This document shows positions 61,483-64,000 of a stretch of DNA of 64,000 nt, piece by piece. The stretch lies in contig JAUCBJ010008112.1 in the NCBI GenBank assembly GCA_032718475.1, forward strand, positions 1-64,000, written 5' to 3'. The notes below the pieces were generated by a model. It was not told where the DNA came from. It saw only the letters and a program-made list of their open reading frames with translations, and did no database searches. Source of the stretch: Nemertoderma westbladi. Taxonomy: Eukaryota > Animalia > Xenacoelomorpha. Numbering within the stretch: the first letter of the stretch is position 1; the number at the start of each line of letters is the position of its first letter. Made by a program: the position numbers and the translations under genes.

Positions 61483-64000
61483 ATGGCTGACATAAAGAAA
61501 ACTCTGTCAGATAGTCTTTTAGAAACAACAGCCTGTTTCTCAGATCAAAGTGTAGAGAATCCTAGACCGAGATCTGAGACCCCTCCTACTGTAAGAAGGG
61601 CAACCCCTGCAGTAGTTGTGTCAGAACCTAGGTTGGTAGAAGCGATTTCGCAATTTGCTAAGTTAGTGAAGCGCCGTAGGTCTGCCATAGGCACTCGGGC
61701 CCAAGTCAAACGGAACCCAGAGGAAGCTGTCCTATCGCAGCAACATCCTGATCACGAACCTAGTCCCCAGCGACCCGATAGCTCCAGTAGTTCGGAGACT
61801 GTTGAGCGGACACCCGAACGCGGAGCGAAAATGGTGGATACGGCTTGTGATGAGCGGCCAACCTTTGAAGAATCAACCGACGCCCCTTCTTCTCAAGTAG
61901 AAAGCGAAGTGGAAAGCGAAGTGGAAAGCGAAGTGGAAAGCGAAGTGGAAAGCGAATTAACACCAGAAGGACCACAAAAGAGAGATGCAATTGATACCTA
62001 TTTGTCAGATTATCAGCGATTCATAGGAGACAAGGAGTTGAGAAGAAGACTGCATGGATTTACACCTAATAGTGCAGGGGCTAAGCGTGTATTGGACGAA
62101 CTCGATGCTGAGATGTTAGCTAAAGATCAAGCTAAATTTGATGAGGAAAGACGCATCGCTAGAGCCCAGGAAACACAAGTCCAGAAAAAACAAATAGAAG
62201 ATCGAAAGGCAGCAGCAGCGGCAGAGGCAGAGGCAGCAAGAAAGTTAGCAGCGGCAGAGGCAGAGGCAGCAAGCAAGCTAGCAGCGGCAGAGGCAGCAAG
62301 CAAGCTAGCAGCGGCAGAGGCAGAGGCAGAAAGAAAATTGACAGAAGCGGAAAAGAGAGCTTCTGACGAGATCGCCCAACTAGAGTTGGCAAATCTGCAA
62401 GAGACACATGATTACATCAATAAACGCGACACAGAAAGTCGAATGAAGATACTGAGTCGATCTACTTCGAAACGCCAAGGTTTTACATCCTCAGAAGAAG
62501 GAGACACTACCGACACTGAAGGTGGAAGAAATAGATCCCGTCTCAGTAGGCGTAAAAGAATGTCTCCACGTCAGAAATTGCCTGATTTGCCTCCAGCTGT
62601 TAAGAGACAACTAGCTAGCATAGCAGTAGATAGTACAGAACCCACAGACCAAACTATTACCATTACCAGACTCCCTACTATAGTAGATGAGCCGGAAATA
62701 ATTAGGCCTGTTCTAGAAAACACCCCTTCGGTGAGAGAGACCCCTGTACTCCCCAAATCTACTACCAAACTCCCTTTACACAGTACTATTAAATTAACGG
62801 CACCTGGTGGAGCAGCCCAAGTCCCGGTTCTGGAGACTGAGAGAGACATACAAGATCTGTCTCCCGTCGCCCCGATACGGCCCGCTACAACGTTGGCGAC
62901 TCCCGCTTCGGCGGTCGAGTGGGTTGAGAAGGGACGGCGGGAGATGAGTCTCTTGCTCGGTCAAATGCGAGAACAGCGAGACTGTTCCTCGCAACAGATC
63001 CGGGACTTAGAAGGGACTGTCTACCAACTCAAGGGAACCGTAAGGGATAGTAGGATAGAGCTGCAAGAAGTGCAGCAAAATATCGCTCTCGAGCGCGACA
63101 AATTAGTCAATATACAAAGGGGAATACCAACACCCCCTGTAACCCTGTGTCAACCTGCTAGGTCGGAAGTGTATCATGCGCGAGGTGTGTCGCCTACACG
63201 CATATATACTGCTAGCAAAGTAGAAACACCCCCTATAACCCTGAGTCAACCTGTTAGGTCTGAAGTACATCATGCGCAAGGTGTGTCGCCTATACGCATA
63301 TATACTGCTAGCGAAGTAGAAACTCCTATAGTAAACCCTATTACGGGAGACTACAAACCTGTGAATAATGATATTCCCTATAGACCTGATAATGATCTGA
63401 AAAATTTATATACCGATAATTCGATATTAAATAACACGATGGCCCAAGAAAGCTTTACGCGTCAGATGGCTAGAACAGAAGCCCGCCAAGCGGTCAAAGT
63501 GGGAGAAATTGTCAAATTCAACGGTGATGAGATGAAATGGTTACCTTTTAAAGAATATTATGAAGATAGCATACAGAACTCTGTACTATCTAGCGGAGAG
63601 AAACTGAGATTCCTCATCAAATGTTTGGAAGGACCTCCCAAGTTAATGGCGTTGAAGTTTATTGGACATCCAAATGGATTAAGACAAGTCTGGGATACAT
63701 TAAACACCAGGTATGGTAATAAAGATAATATCGCTAAGTATTTGTATGCAAAACTGGTAGCCCCTCGAAAGTTCCTTAGTAACGAGATTATAGAGTTTTC
63801 CGATGAGATTCAAGAAATCTGCCGACAATTGGATTGGTTAGGTAAGTCCCATGAATATCAGAGCTCCATGGTCATCGGAGCCATAGTCTCTACTTTGCCA
63901 AAGGGTGGAGTATGTACACGTTGGGACAAGAAGGTGTTGCATATGATGGAGCAACAACGACGGAGCCCCACCATGGTGGATCTCATGTCATTCCTAGACC
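61483..64000 (+). CDS. Element C Gag (N-terminal part, runs off the window)
   Basis: Frame starts MADIKKTLSDS and the window ends in the same frame (RSPTMVDLMSFLD). Closely homologous to element A gag (DAIDTYLSDYQRFIGDKELRRRL; MAQESFTRQMARTEARQAVKVGE). Absent from the ORF track, consistent with no stop inside the window. Confidence 0.9.
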   Translation, partial: MADIKKTLSDSLLETTACFSDQSVENPRPRSETPPTVRRATPAVVVSEPRLVEAISQFAKLVKRRRSAIGTRAQVKRNPEEAVLSQQHPDHEPSPQRPDSSSSSETVERTPERGAKMVDTACDERPTFEESTDAPSSQVESEVESEVESEVESEVESELTPEGPQKRDAIDTYLSDYQRFIGDKELRRRLHGFTPNSAGAKRVLDELDAEMLAKDQAKFDEERRIARAQETQVQKKQIEDRKAAAAAEAEAARKLAAAEAEAASKLAAAEAASKLAAAEAEAERKLTEAEKRASDEIAQLELANLQETHDYINKRDTESRMKILSRSTSKRQGFTSSEEGDTTDTEGGRNRSRLSRRKRMSPRQKLPDLPPAVKRQLASIAVDSTEPTDQTITITRLPTIVDEPEIIRPVLENTPSVRETPVLPKSTTKLPLHSTIKLTAPGGAAQVPVLETERDIQDLSPVAPIRPATTLATPASAVEWVEKGRREMSLLLGQMREQRDCSSQQIRDLEGTVYQLKGTVRDSRIELQEVQQNIALERDKLVNIQRGIPTPPVTLCQPARSEVYHARGVSPTRIYTASKVETPPITLSQPVRSEVHHAQGVSPIRIYTASEVETPIVNPITGDYKPVNNDIPYRPDNDLKNLYTDNSILNNTMAQESFTRQMARTEARQAVKVGEIVKFNGDEMKWLPFKEYYEDSIQNSVLSSGEKLRFLIKCLEGPPKLMALKFIGHPNGLRQVWDTLNTRYGNKDNIAKYLYAKLVAPRKFLSNEIIEFSDEIQEICRQLDWLGKSHEYQSSMVIGAIVSTLPKGGVCTRWDKKVLHMMEQQRRSPTMVDLMSFLD

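Overview
AT-rich, repeat-dense animal genomic DNA. The only confident host gene is the 3' end of a PKA catalytic subunit (two exons, 4258-4422 and 7618-7743), preceded by a 63-bp intronic satellite. The window is dominated by three large BEL/Pao LTR retrotransposons. (A) An outer, decayed minus-strand element runs from about 43.8 kb to 13056. It has gag-PR-RT-RH-IN plus a separate second ORF encoding a DEDDy 3'-5' exonuclease and CCHC fingers, and it sits against a truncated RTE-like LINE. (B) A young 16,085-bp plus-strand element (19605-35689; 1931-bp LTRs, TTGTC target duplication) is nested inside A. Its ~3540-codon polyprotein has no recognisable integrase and has the exonuclease/CCHC module fused in that position. 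(C) The 5' part of a sister of A starts at about 58384 and runs off the window. In both B and C the 11 nt directly after the 5' LTR are not a tRNA PBS. They are the exact reverse complement of an 11-mer inside the element's own LTR, which suggests Tf1-type self-priming in a BEL/Pao lineage. Also present: a second RTE-like LINE, tRNA-derived SINE pieces, MITEs, Helentron-like repeats and small tandem arrays. All comparisons were made by eye.
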